Of a DNA stretch of 55,590 bases, positions 13,751-26,969 are shown in pieces. This DNA is from Chromera velia (taxonomy: Eukaryota), in the NCBI GenBank assembly GCA_018398765.1, contig JAHBMJ010000139.1, positions 1-55,590 of the forward strand, written 5' to 3'. Both the position numbers and the translations under genes were made by a program. The notes beneath the pieces are model-generated. The model was not told the DNA's origin, did no database searches, and saw only the letters and a list, made by a program, of their open reading frames with translations. Each line of letters begins with the position of its first letter. The stretch's first letter is position 1.

Positions 13751-14225
13751 ATAAATATATGTGTGTGTGTGTATGTGTGTGTGTGTGTCTGTGTGTGTAA
13801 AAATATGTATGAGTGTGCAATTGTGTGTAAGTGTGGTTGTGTGTGCGTATGAGTCACTTCCGAAAAAATTCTTTGTATACACTTTTTTTCTTGCAGGTTG
13901 GTCCCACACATCCAGACTGATGCCTTCGTTTGAATGCCTGACACGCGGCCAGGATACGAGAGGGGCAGGTCTCTGGTCTCGTTGTTCATTTTCTTCAAAC
14001 AAAAACAGAGTTGTGGTTTCTTCCTTCTGGTGGGGGAGTCCTCCGGGAGCCGCTGGCAAGACAAAGAGGGAGAAGAAGGAGAAGAAGGGAAAGAAGAAGG
14101 CTTTAAAGAAGCAGGATTTCTCTTTTTCGTCTCCGTCAGAGAAAGACGATACCCACCGCGGTAACAGACGTGGCGGAGGGGGTCGTGGAGGCGGCATGGG
14201 GGGATTGTTTGGCATCAGGGTGTGA
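12955..14225 (+). CDS. Hypothetical protein with an acidic low-complexity region and a basic C-terminal tail
   Basis: The 245-aa ORF 12955-13692 is non-repetitive. A phase-1 intron 13640-13896 would join it to exon 13897-14225 (GWSHTSRLMP…GLFGIRV*). No family recognised. Confidence 0.5.
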
Positions 14226-15423
14226 AAGAAAGAAGTTCCGGGGTAGGGAAGAGAGCGGGAGCAATGGATCTTCAAGGGATGGTCAAGGGCGGACAGGGTG
14301 CGCAAGCGAAGAGACAGAAGTAGACACTCCGAAGAAAGAAAACAATCATATGACACCAAGAAGAGTAGGAGATGCGTTTCTGACGTCCTTGTCAAAAAGC
14401 AAGTGGTAGAGTCAAAATTGGAAGTCAAGCAGGAAAGAGGAATCAGCTCTGAATGGACGTGGCAGAATAGGAAAGTGGAAGGGGGAAAGAAAGAAGCTGT
14501 GCACGTATATGTGGGTGAAGGAAGGGAGGAAGGAAGGAAGGGAGGAAGGAAAGAGGAAGGGAAGGAAGGAAGATGAAGGAAGGAAGGAAGGAAGGAAGGA
14601 AGCAACGAACGAACGAACGAAAGAACGAACGGACGTACGAACGAACGAACGAACGATCGAACGATCGAACGGAGGGACAAAAGGAGGAAGGAAGGAAGGA
14701 AGGAAGGAAAGAAAGAAGGATACATGCTGTTTCGTGATGTGTGTTCTATGCATATACTCTATCAAAAAAAAGAATAAACTCACGAGGGGGATACACTGAA
14801 TTGGTCTTATGACCAGTCGCATTACAGCATGAAAATATTCGTTTAATTGACGGAATCAATTCACCGTTTGTTCATGTGTATGTCATGTCCCTGCAGTAAA
14901 CTCGAAGCTCTTGGGTATTGGATTTAATCATTTGTACTCGAAATGCTTTAAAAAAAAAATACATAGTCAAGTAGATAAATGAGTGGGGTAGTCAAATTAT
15001 TATACTAAAATTTAATGAATAATACGACAAATATACTGGTTTCAAATTTATAGGTTTAGTTTGGATGTTTAGAAGTAAAAAAATATGAATTTAAATACTA
15101 GGTAATAGAAATATTAGATGTTAAAGGTTATGTGAATATTATAGGTATATCCTTTTTAAAAGATTTTCTTCAATTATATAAATTACAATCTATGCCAAAA
15201 AAATAGTAATATAGAACGTTATAATTCGTATGGCAATTTAAATCATTAGAATAAAATTGTTTATTAAAATGTATTAATAATATGAAACAACGAAATGAAC
15301 TGTAATTCGTTGGCAAGTTTAAACTTGAACCCAAATGTTGATCACTGAAGGGCCCATTCTAGAGTTAAGTTTGTGGGCTTGGGAAGCATGCGATTAATTC
15401 CTGTATGCGGTCTGGCGTCTTCC

Positions 15424-16438
15424 TTATGAAGACGCTTCCATAGAGATGCCTTCTCTATGCGTGTAAACTGCTGCGTCGTACGCTCTCTGCGCTTTGTGAA
15501 ACCTGTCTCTTGCCTCCTTTACTTCTTTTTCATACGGTGCCATGAGTTCCTTCTCAGTCAACAGGGCGGCTTCAACGGAGTCGCCGTCGAATCCTTCCAG
15601 CTGCAAGGCCATTTGCATCCGCGCTTCCTCGTCCTCCGCAGCGAGCTTCTGGAGTGCCCTCTTCGTCTTATATTTTTCTTCTGCTTCCGTACGAGCAGCC
15701 TTCACGGCAGACTTTTTCTCAGCCAGGAGACTGTCTGCCTCTGCATTTTCTGCCTTGCGTTTGGCGTCCGCCTCGCGGTTCCTGACCACCGGCTCGTATT
15801 CCATTGCCGCACACGCCTCCCACAACGCGTCCCAGATGCGAGTGTGGTGCTCTCTCCTCCACCTGCATGTGCAGAAATCAATAAAGTACATGAGCACTGT
15901 CTGACTACATGCAAGACCGGGGGGGAGCCACATCTCCTTCTCGGACCCCCGCTCAGCCTGCGCACGAGAGAATAAAAGACGGCACAATTGTCTCTCTCTG
16001 TCTGTGTGTGTGTGTGTGTGCGTGCGTGTGTGTGTGTATGTGTGTGTGTGTGCGTGGGTTTGTGGAAGGAAGGAGGGAAGGAAAGAAGGAACGAAGGAAG
16101 GAAGAGTGAAGGAAGGGAGGAAGGAAAAGGGGAAAGAAAGGGAGCACGAGTGAAAAAAGGAAGGAAGCAAGGAAGAATGGAAGGAAGGAAGGAAGGCAGG
16201 AAGGAAGGAAGGATAGAAGAAGGAAGGAAGGGGGAACAGAAGGAAGAAAGAACTTATGGAAGGAAGCAAGACCGGGGGGGGCCCACTCCCCCCCCCCCGG
16301 ACCCCCCCTCCTCCCTGCGCATGAAAAAATGAAAGTCGGCACATATATATTTTTGTGTGTGTGTGTGTGTATGTGGAAGGAATGGAGCGAGGAGGGGAGG
16401 AACGAACGATGGAAGGGTGTGTGTGTGTGAGAGAGAGT

Positions 16439-16477
<39 letters not shown>

Positions 16478-18365
16478 TGTGTGTGTGTAAGGAAAAAAGG
16501 AAGGAAGAAACGAAGGAAGAGAAGGATGGAAGGAAGGAATGAAGGCGGAAAGACGAAAAAAGGAAAGATGGAAAGGAGGTAAGGCGGAAAGAAGGAAAGA
16601 ATGAAAGAGAGAAAGAAGGAAGGAAGGAAGGAAGGAAAGTGGAAGGAAAGAAGATGAGGAAAGGAAGGAAGATGAGGAAAGGAAGGAAGAGGAAGGAAGG
16701 AAGAGGAAAGAAAGAAGGGAAGGAAGGAAGGAAGAAAGGGGAGAAGGAAGGGAGGAAGGAAGGGAGGAAGGAAGAAAGGAAGGAAGATGAGGAAAAGAAG
16801 GAAGAGGAACGAAGGAAGAGGAAAGAAGGAAGGAAGGAAGGGAGGAAGGAAGGCAGGAAGGAAGGAATGGAGGAAGGAAGGAAGGAAGGAAGAAAGAAAG
16901 AAAGGGAGAAGGAAGAAAGGGGAGAAGGAAGGGAGGAAGGAAGAAAGGAAGGAAGTAAGGAAGGAAGGAAGGAAGGAAAGGAAGGAAGGAAGGAAGGAAG
17001 GAAAGGAAGGAAGGAAGGAAGGAAGGGAGGAAGAAGGAAGGAAAGAAGGAAGGAAGGAATTGAGAAGAACAGAACTGAAGGTAGGAGAAAGAAGGTACTT
17101 ACATGTATTTGAGAAGGTCGTCAAAGATCGCTCCCATGCGCCACCGGACTTTTGGGATCCAACGCTTCATCGATGTCCAGGTCCCTGCAAGGAGGAACGG
17201 AAGTCGTTGTATAAATGAAGCGGGAGTAGTACAAAGAAGGGGTACCTGACAACAGTAGTAATGCACCAACCTTTAATATGGTTCGTACAGGCTCCTGTCA
17301 CTTCGTCCTTGAATTCCTCAGAATGGTTCACTCTGTCATGCTCGGCCACGAGACCCTTCTCCTTCACGTTGTTGTACCTCGTCCAGCAGTCACTTATCAA
17401 GTGACTGTCCTTGTCGATGTGGGCTTCGATAATCGCTTCCAGAGTCTTTGCGGATCTGCACAATGAATGAATGCGTGTAGTGGAAGCAGACAATGAGAAT
17501 AAGTATGGGAAGGTCATTGAAAAGGGGAGTCTTTGCGGGTGCCCAAACATGAATGAAGAACGGAAAAACGGAGAGCGAAGACGGATTGCAGACAAACATG
17601 CACCCACCGACCTATCCTCTACTGCGATGAAGAAAAATTTCCTTTCCTTGGTCTCTTCAACTGCCCCTACGATCCAAACCCCGTCCGTGGGTTTTCCTCT
17701 GTGGAACTTTACGTGACCGGCAAGGGACTCATCTATGTAGACCTTGATTCTAGTTCCGTCAGTGTGGAGGCCCCCAATCCGCAGACCAGGTCGCATCCAT
17801 CCCTTCTCTACCGTCATCTGTGCGACGGCCTCTCGAAAGTTTTTCTTCCAATCTGCAAAAGAGGGGACGCAAGGAGAGGTGTTCAGTCATGCGTGCGCAG
17901 GCGGTGGCATCATCGGGAAGAGAGGCATGGGGAAGTTGACTTACTTGCGGTAGTTTCCGAGTTGTTGTGCAGGTCTGTCTTCGTGATGGATGAGTTCTTT
18001 CCTCCGGCCCACCAACGGGCCTGTAGAATCAGATCAGCATGTGAAAATTCCATATGCTGACAAAAAGTTCCCCGTCTCTCACTCTGCTGCTTTTGGAAAC
18101 GGGAACATCCTCGTTTCGTGCACTTGTACAGGAGTGTTTTTGTACACGGCCGGTTAACGGGTTTCAGAGAATGATCGCCTTTCTTGTACCCAAGTCCAGA
18201 GCACTGTGGGGGACTGCTTGGGAGAACGCCACGATCGACCAGGAATTGTCTGCATCTTTCTTCTGCTGCACCTGCATCTGGACGATCGGATTTGGCAATG
18301 ATCGCCGAGAGGATTGGTTCTTCAGAAACCCCAGGGACACTGCACCTGGGCAGTCCGTGTGACAT
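15424..18365 (-). mobile_element. Spliced Merlin / IS1595 (ISXO2-like) DDE transposase gene, catalytic Glu replaced by Lys
   Basis: Exons 18365-17945, 17852-17612, 17455-17271, 17184-17103 and 15862-15424 splice into one frame. Motifs: N-terminal Cys cluster, NWKKNFRE, RIGG…VYIDES…HRG…WIVGAVE…VEDRSAKTL…ISDCW..Y…VNHSEEFKDEVTGACTNHIKGTW..MK…YMWRR, then a coiled-coil tail. No TIRs found. Confidence 0.88.
15863..17102. repeat. 1.24-kb transposase intron made of (GAAG)n and (GT)n satellites
   Basis: Visible purine-rich tetranucleotide array bounded by GT/AG on the minus strand. It is the source of the spurious 566-aa ORF N-terminus. Confidence 0.9.
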
Positions 18366-19311
18366 GAAGAGAAAGAATCAGAGTCGAAAGTGCAATGCGG
18401 ATCCCAGGCGAAATGTTTTATATATCAGGGCTTGCAGTTCTGAAGTACGTGAACAGACAGTTGTGCCTCTTCACGCCGAAGAAATCGGAAAGGAGACGGG
18501 TGCTTTCTTTCACATCCAGTGTTCTGTCGGTCCATGATCGGCATATGTCCCACAAAAATTTTTTGCCCCGCGATGGGCCCGAAATTGCTTGCGTCGCGCG
18601 CGCGTATTACATGTGGGGCACTCAACTATATATAAAAAGCCGCGAACGCGCCGTGCGATAACAGGTCGCGCGGCCCATGCATGTGGGGCACTAACAGGAA
18701 AACCATGCTCCGTGCGCGCCCGTCGCATGCAAATAAAAGAGGTCAGTCACTTGATTCTCCACAAGCAGAAACAAACAAACGGAGACTTCATCAGTTCAAG
18801 ATCATTCACACAGACAGAACGGCCAGGCCCTTGGGTATAGCTCTTTCTCACGGGATGCCTGTGGCCTGTCTGCGTGACAGGCTTTCCTCCTCTTCCGTTT
18901 GAAAGAAACGGCTGCGTGTCACTTTGTCGTTGTCGACTGATCGATCGAAGTCGCGCCCAAGCGATCGAGGGTGTTTCGATCTCCTGACTGTCTCTCTGAG
19001 GCACAGTGCCACGTTTATTCTTGCCATTTCCATTCCTGTCTGCTGCCTGGTGTCGATCTGAGCCTGAAGAAACTAGGGAGACCACTTTGCATGTTGCTCA
19101 GTCTGGTCTTGTATCGGCAGAAGGACTCGATCGAAAGCTTGACGTGCAGATCGAGATTCAAGATGTTCTGGATCTGCGCTCAAAATCTCCCTAGATTTGA
19201 GTCACAATTTGCGCGCCCTCGGATTAGCTCTCTTTGCTGCCTAGTCCAAAGCGCACATGGGCGTTTGTGTCTGTGTGTATGTGCACGTTTTTCTTTCTTT
19301 CTTGCACGCAG

Positions 19312-20064
19312 GTGCTGCGACGACTCACACCAAGGAAACCAAAGACGCCATCAAGCAGTACCTGAGAGGAATGAACGTCGGCCCCCGAAATGTGAGCATT
19401 GTCGCCAAGGCCAACAAGCTCTACGGCTGCGTCAGGTACAGGACTGCACCGAACATGCACAAAGCTCTCACAGCCACACAAACTGCGAAACAGCCCCTGA
19501 TTTTTCTTGAGAAGGAGATCCGGTTCGTGGAGGGCACTCGCGAACAGGAACTGAAAAAGGAGGAGGAAGATTGCAAAACAGAGGGAAGGTTAGACATGCC
19601 GGAGGTAAAGAGAGAGGAGGTCATGCCGGAGGTAAAGAGAGAGGAGGTCATGCCGGAGGTAAAGAGAGAAGAGGTCATGCCGGAGGTAAAGAGAGAAGAG
19701 GTCATGCCGGAGGTAAAGAGAGAGGAGGTCATGCCGGAGGTAAAGAGAGAAGAGGTGCGGGCAGCAGGTCAAGCACAGGCTGCACCGGCAGCGGGGGGCG
19801 GTCTTTTCGGTGCGCAGGGGGCAGACGGGCAGCAGGGTCAAGCACAGGCTGCACCGGTAGCGGGGGCTGGCCTGTTTGCAGCGGCAGGCCAACCAGCAGC
19901 CCAGCCACGAGCGGCAAAAACCGCCCCGGCTACCGGTGCCGGTGGCGCTAGTCTGTTCGGTACGCAGGCGGCTCCCCAACCGGGAGCCCTCACTGCACAA
20001 ACTCAAGGTGCGAATCAACCGGCAGTTGGAGGTGCACCTGGTCTGTTTGGGACACAGCAAGCAG
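19312..20064 (+). CDS. Internal exon of a protein with an RRM-like domain, 6x MPEVKREEV repeats and GLFG-type motifs (5' and 3' exons unresolved)
   Basis: Acceptor cacgcag at 19311 and donor gtaggt at 20065. LYGCVRY…MHKAL resembles RNP1 plus helix; GGLFG/AGLFA/SLFG/PGLFG occur in an A/Q/G-rich tract. A likely next exon starts at 20451. Confidence 0.6.
19596..19757 (+). repeat. Coding tandem repeat, 6 x 27 bp
   Basis: ATGCCGGAGGTAAAGAGAGA(G/A)GAGGT(C/G) repeated six times; only synonymous variation. Confidence 0.97.
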
Positions 20065-20190
20065 GTAGGTCTGACCTGTAAGCTTGCTTGCCTGCGTTTC
20101 CGTCTGTCTGTCTGTCTGTCAAGAAAAGGAGGGAGAAGAAGAAGAAACATATAGTCTGTCAAGAAAAGAAAGGAGAAGAAGAAACATATA

Positions 20191-20229
<39 letters not shown>

Positions 20230-21230
20230 CTTCTGTCTGTCTGTCTGTCTGCCTGCTTGTCCGTCTGTCATGAAGAAAAGAGGGACAAGAAGAAACACAA
20301 GTCTGTCTGTCTTTCTTTCTCTCTCTCTTTTTTTTTTCTTTCTTCCTTGCTTTTTTTCTGTTTTTCTTTCTTTCTTTTCTTTTCTTTTCTTTCTTTTATC
20401 CTTCCTCTCTTTCTTCCTTCCTTTCTTTCTGTTTTTCTTTGTTTCTGCAGACCCTCCCGTATGGGCCCACAACTCTCACCCTCACTACCAGAACGAGCAC
20501 CAACTCCGAGTCGACACCACTAGGTACACCACACGACCCGACAACACCAGAATTGATTCGCTCAACTTCGGAAAATCATCTCACCAGGCAACCTACAATG
20601 CCCCGCAGGTCAGACACCTTGCCCGCACTCAAGCTCTGTGTGCCCGGTCGCATAAACTTTTTGAGCATTCAAAAAGTTGTAGAGAACTCGCACTCTTTCA
20701 GTTGAGGTTGCACTAATATCGCACACAAAGAACATGACCGCTCCCCGACCAAATTGCGAGTTTGTGACCATACCTATACAATTCTCTACACCAATACGCA
20801 TACATGATTGCAGGTGGAGCGCAACTCGGCCCTCCTGGACAGATCCCGACAGGATCCTCAGGGTGCGTGCGTCCACGGCCTCACCTGCAGCCCCGGGGGG
20901 AGCCTGCCTCCCCGGCAGTCTACTCTCCCGCCCCTCTCCCTCCGAGCAGGCGCCACGGCCAACCACACGCACACGTACACAGTGAGCAACAGAAGGCATC
21001 TGCCCGAGAACACCTACACAGACCTCCCTAAGGTCTTCAGGGACAGGCCCCCTGGGTACACAGGCCACGTTAAAGGTGGGTCCGTTTTCTTTTCTTTTCT
21101 CTTCTCTTCTCTTCTCTTCTCTCTTTTTCCTTTCTTCCTTCCTTTCTTTCCTTCCTTCCTTCCTTCCTTCCTTCCTTCTTTCCTTCTTTCCTTCTTTCCT
21201 TCTTTCCTTCTTTCCTTCTTTCCTTCTTTC

Positions 21231-21261
<31 letters not shown>

Positions 21262-23001
21262 TTTTTTCTTTCTTTCTTTCTTTCATCCTTCCCGTTTTTC
21301 TTTCCTGAAGATTTCTCTCCCTTCTCTTCTCTTAATTCCCTTTCTTTCTCATTCGTTAACCTCCCGTCCCGTTTCCTCTCCCGCTTTTCCAAAAGCTGAA
21401 GCTCTGCCTAGCTCAGGTCCTCTTTCCTTGTCTCACGCGTCTGCCCTGCATGCCTCTGCAGTCGGCTTCTTCCCTTCCCTTCCGTTGCAAACTTACTTTG
21501 AACCCCCCCCCCACCTTTTCTTCGATCCTCTTTGCAGGGTGCCATCTGCACCCCCATTCTCATGCGTCTGCCCCTTCTGTTGGAACGGGAGTGGATCTCG
21601 AAGCTCAGGTGAGTGAGAATGCATGTATGCATCTATGTATGTATGTATGCTGGTAACCGGTCTGTCTTGGATGGAGGCGGACTCTTTTTTTTCTTTCATC
21701 TTGCGCGTGATAAATACACATCCAGTCTGGATCGTCCTTATGCAAGAATTTTATGTCTCGTTCGGTCTCATCTTTTTCTTTGATCATGAAACGTCTCTTC
21801 TGACTTCTATAGTCCTCAATGATGTGCATCTCTTTGTCCTCCGCAGTGCCTTCCCTCTTCCTAAAGAATTAATTCCCTTTCCCTTCGAAGTCGCTTTGGC
21901 TTCTGTTAATTCTCTCAGAAGAGATTAGTTGACTGCCGCCATGGGTTCGTTCCCTTCAAAGGCCTCCTTCCCTCCTCTACAGCTCCTCTGGCTGTCTTGT
22001 ATTGCATCATCTCTCTCTCTCTCTCTGTCAACACGCGCAGGAGCGATGAAAGGCCGACCCTTCCTCCTCGGCCAAAAAAAGTCAAAGCTTCTTCATCCAT
22101 CGAATTTCCCTCCTCTCTGTCTCCCGGCCCTCCGTCTTGCCTGCCTGCAGGACTCCGACGATGATTTTCTGAATGGAGAGACGGCCGCGCATCAGAAACG
22201 CCGAAGGACGGATGCAGTGGAGGCGCATGTCCAACAGTCAGTCGCTGCAGGCAGGCAGGGGTGATCATTGCATGTTGACATGAACCATTGACAGATAAAT
22301 TAAATTTCATTCCACCACTGCGCGTGGGAATTTCAAGCAGCTAGCTAGGGTCTGCATGCATGACTACCTTGCAAGGGAGGTGGCAGCTATGCGGACTAGC
22401 TCAGTCTTGCTGCATGTGTGAAATTTTCCATTCACAGTACGGTGTGAACAGCAACTTGCACTTTTGATCGCATGGTGGAAGCAGACGCAAAAGAAACGCT
22501 CAGTAGGCTGTCGTTTTCTTCTCTGGAATTTTCTCTGACAGTCTTGGCAGGCAACATTTTCGACCGTTCCTCCGTCCATCAGTCTGCTCTTCTTTTTCGA
22601 ATTAAGTGGTCGCACTCCCTTGGTCTGGAAGTACGGTTTCGATTTCAGTTACACCGGCCAACAGACCGCTGGACATTTGAGGTGCAACGGCATACGTGCT
22701 TGCGTGTCAAGCCGCAGACTTTCAAGCAGCCATAAACTGTAGCCTTTTTGCCGCAATCGTGTGCATGTTACTACAGTGGTTGGTAGAGGGTGTACATCTT
22801 CGTTGTTGCGAAAGTCTGCATGGTCTTGTGTCACTTGTCTTGAGATGGGAGGAGGGTCGGGGAGCGGGGGTCCGACCACGAGGGGGTGACACTGTACTGT
22901 TCGAACGCAGCAATACTCTCAGGGAAGATCGACGTGAACGCAGCATCATGAGCTCTGGGGAACTGGCGACGTCATTGAACGCATTCATTCTTGCTTTCAG
23001 G

Positions 23002-23155
23002 GTTCTCGTCGAAGAAGGGGGGTGGGAGTTCTCATTGAAGAAGAGGGGGGTGGGAGTTCTCGTCGAAGAAGGGGGGTGGAAGTTCTCATTGAAGAAGGGG
23101 TGGGTGGGAGTCCTCGTCGAAGAAGGGGAAAGGGGGAGGGGGGGTTCTCATCGAT
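23002..23155. repeat. G-rich minisatellite, ~26-bp unit
   Basis: About five degenerate copies of GTTCTC(G/A)T(C/T)GAAGAAGGGGGGTGGGA, alternating CGTCG/CATTG variants. Confidence 0.8.
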
Positions 23156-23616
23156 GATGGGCAATGACACAAAAGCGTGTGCTTGTTTGTGCGTGCATGC
23201 GACCATGTGTGATTTATTCGGATTCCCTTTTGGTTGCACGTATTTTTTCCGAATCGACCTGCTCCCTCTAGACACTCGATCTTCTCTTCCCTGTAGGTAG
23301 CTGCGTAGCTCAGTCTTCTCCGCAAACGTTCTCGATCTCGATGGATGGATGGATATCTGTCCGGTCCTTGCTCTTTCTTTGTTTGTTTGAAATCTGTGCA
23401 GAGCCGCAGAAGGAAAACAGAAGGGAAGCGGACAGAGAAAGTAAGTGCGGCAGTTCCCCCATATTCTTTTTCTTTTGCGCACTCTTTTCGGTCTCAGTTG
23501 ACATGCAGTCTCGTTCATCCGCCTAGTTGTCTTTTGTGTGCATGTGCAATGTCATGCAACCTTGTGTCACTTGATCTGATTCCGCTTCCCATGCAATTAA
23601 ATGCGCATGCCTCGAT

Positions 23617-23661
<45 letters not shown>

Positions 23662-25891
23662 AATCGACCTCGCCCTTTCCTAGAGTCTTCATGCTCCCTT
23701 TTGGCAGCTACCTCGAGTCGGCATCTCCTAATTCTAAAAGGTCGCTTGTTTTTTCTTTCTGCATTTCTCAAGCTCTTTCTGCCTGCCGCTTTTGTGACTT
23801 TGTGAGAACGACGAGCTCTCTTTAGGCAGCTAGCTCGGCAGCTCAGGCCGATGTTGTCAATGACAATTACTGGTAAGCAGAGACTGATTGCAGCTTCTTC
23901 CCGTACCCTTCCCCTTTTTCTATCGATGTGAATCCATGCAGGGAAAAAGAAAAAGGGCTGGAGGCAGACGGCAAAAAACCAAAAGGGCTGAAAGCAGGAA
24001 CAACCAATCATGCTAGACGGTAAGATGGAGAGACGCGGAACCGGACGCACGTGCATGCATAGACCTGCAGTCCATGCAGGGACACACCCGGGGACTAGCG
24101 CGTGGATCGATGCAGGCAAACAAGAACAACAGAGACAGAGCGACACTCAAAGACTCCTGAGAGACAGCTAGACGCAGACACAAACAGAATTAAACAGACG
24201 CAGACAAGAAAATATTACAGAGACACAGACAGCAACGAAGAGATATACACACGCAGAAAGACGGAGACAGACAGACAGGCAGAGAAAGCACAGAAGAGGG
24301 TCTCTCTCTCGTTCTCCCATCTGTTTAGCTTCCCTGCATGACTCTTCGATCTGTCTGAATTCGTGTCAATCTGCATGTGCATGCATCCTTGCAGTTCTCT
24401 TGCACTGTCTTCGACCCGAAAAACAGACACTGCCAGGTGCGTCAACAAAACGCAATTAAGTGTGTAGCGCTCTCCTCTTCATTTCCCCCTTTCAAAAGTT
24501 GGTATACATCGAACACATTGCGCAGTGCGTATCATGTCGGTGAGTACAGTCGACCAACGCAGACCTTGATTCAGGGCAACGTTTGCTTGATGAATTGATT
24601 CGCGCTGCATGCCAGTGTCCGCACTGGCAAACAAATTTAGACAAGCAAGACAAACAAGAAAGATTGATCGAATGCAAAAAATGTGACAAGGCACGTCGAT
24701 ACAGATGGGCAGGGAAAGGGGGATTCGTCGTCTCGAATATCATGTCCTCCACCCTTGTGTGTGAAAAAAGAGAATTAGATTCACTGATACCCTCATGAGC
24801 AGACAGACCTAGAGACAAACAGGCAAACAAAGAGCATGCACTCTCTCTCAGAGACTCTCTCCGTCTGTGCTGTGCGTGATCGACGCAATCCGTGTGCCTC
24901 TGAATAACAATCCTTTCTCTATGTCGGCGTGTATGCAGATCTTCTGCTGAGTCAGAGTCAGATCGTGACTGACGGCCTAGCTGACGGCGCCACGATGATN
25001 NNNNNNNNGGGGGGGGGGGGGTTCGAGGGCTTTACTAGTAGCAGTTAGTGAAAGTTGGTGAAAGTTCGTGACTTCATGTGCAGGGGTCGAAGTTTCCCAC
25101 CAGCTTTGCTTCCTTGGCAGTGACTGCAGCTTGCTCTAGCAGCACATTAGGCAGCGCGTGTCTGTGTTGAATCTTGAAGTGCATGCTCGTTCGTGCGACC
25201 GAGAGGTGGTACGAGTATGTGGCGACAACCACACAAGCTTTCCTAGTAGCAGTTTTGTCGCAACTTGCGCACATCGCGATGCGTGACAAATTAATTGGTC
25301 AATGACAGACTTTAGATCGATCATTTTGAAGGTAGTGTTAAAACACATACTAATAATAAATTAAAAGAGCTTCGATTTTTAGGAAATTTGATAATATTGA
25401 CTAGCAAGCTCAGGCTGCTCAGACACGTTTGACCACTTAATTCATACACTAGACTAGTGCTGTAACACTGCTGTTATATTCATCATACTGCCAGTGTATG
25501 TCTAGCTGCATGTTCATGCAGTGACTTGATTGTTACTTCATTTATCTCTATATTATACACATGTTGTGTGGTAATGGCGGCAGACAGAGTCTACTGGCAC
25601 GCATTCTTATAACCTATAGGCCTGCCTTGCGTGCCTTGCCATTCTCAATATTGTACTAGATATTTTGGTCGGTTACTTCTCATTTTTGCCCTATGGTTTT
25701 AGCCTGATATAACTTGCTGACCAATTTGTCATGCAAAAATGATTAACTAATGACCATTAATTATATCTAGAATTATATATTGTTTAACATTGTCTAAGTT
25801 GAAAAAATTCAGAAAAATGTATGTGTGCAGCACAAATTGTTCCTAGGTATCTGCTAATGATAATCCCATAATAAAGTAATAATAATAAAAT

Positions 25892-26969
25892 CTAGGCGTA
25901 GGCCATTAAAAAAAACTCTAAATTTTATTGGGCCTTTTTCTTTCCTTTTTTTTTTTTGAGTTTTTTTTTTTTTTTTTTAGAGTTTTGATGTTGATGCCTA
26001 AGTTGATGCTAAGGACCTAGTCTTCACCCCCTATTCACTATAGCCTCTTCAAAAACTTTAAGAACAATTATAGGACAATTGATCGAAAGTAAATGAATTG
26101 ATCGAATATGTTTTATTGATTGATCAACAAGTTTGAGCAGCAAAGAAAATGAAACCATGTTCATTCAGAGAGCTTTGAACCGTAGTCTTCACTCTTGTGC
26201 GCCAAACCCCAGGTTAAGCCCCTACTAAACCATATACTTGCAGGTTCTCAGTGACCTTCTCACTCTGAGACCATCACTCACGGCATAATTAACATGAAAA
26301 CAAAATTGCGATATTTGACCGCATTGCACAAGTAGAAATTCACCCAAAAGAAAATCCAGGCTGCTCAGTCAATCAAACAAAGGCAGAGAAGCATTCGTTT
26401 CCTAGGTCGTTTCTTTTTCATTTGAAACAGCAACATTTGGTCTGATGGTTGAAGACAATGATGTGACTCGTTTTGAAAATATTCTTCGAGTTGCAGACAT
26501 CTCCGACTTTGAGAAGATTCGGAGAAAGAAGATGACGATGCCAGCGGGTAACAAAGGCTTTGTGGGGGGATGGGCAGAGGTTCCTCTCAAAGTGGTTAAA
26601 GTATTAGAAGAAGGCAACGCGCATGTTCTATGACCGTTCAAACAAGTTCAATCATACATATAATACTATATATTTAAACATAAAAATTTTAAGTAAAAAA
26701 CGTATGAAATAATGTAAAATATACTAGGAAATAGTAGAAGAAATGACCAGGAAAATATAGATCTAGAGGCTAAAAATATATATTGAGTAAAAAAAAAGTT
26801 CTTGTGAACAACTGTAAGTATTTTAAAAAACTCGTTAGGGTTTTAGAAGCTTAAAACCGGTCTTAAATTGTTTGAGCCTCTTTTAGTTTTTGCAGAGGGG
26901 GTATTTTTGTAAATAAATTTTATTCGAGGGTTTTTTCATTTTTTTTTTTTTTTAATGGCCTACGCCTAG
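25892..26969. mobile_element. Non-autonomous TIR DNA transposon with 8-bp TSD (hAT/P/Merlin-type target size)
   Basis: TIR CTAGGCGTAGGCCATTAAAAAAAA at both ends in inverted orientation. Exact duplication AATAAAAT at 25884-25891 and 26970-26977. Confidence 0.85.

Noticed and set aside
13700..17218. Long ORFs of 300-566 aa rich in FLPS/KEGR/CVCV/THTH
   Set aside because: Translations of (GAAG)n and (GT)n microsatellites. Only 15424-15862, 17103-17184 and probably 13897-14225 are real exons.
18530..18700. CATGTGGGGCACT duplicated upstream of the Merlin gene as a candidate TIR
   Set aside because: It is a direct repeat with no inverted partner or TSD downstream of the gene; more likely a promoter motif.
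20451..22900. Several short ORFs downstream of the RRM-like exon
   Set aside because: Splice sites exist, but no frame could be chosen with confidence and no domain was recognised.
22990..23160. Regularly spaced repeats that could suggest a CRISPR array (also 19596-19757 and 34556-34880)
   Set aside because: The units abut with no unique spacers, there are no cas genes, and the context is eukaryotic.
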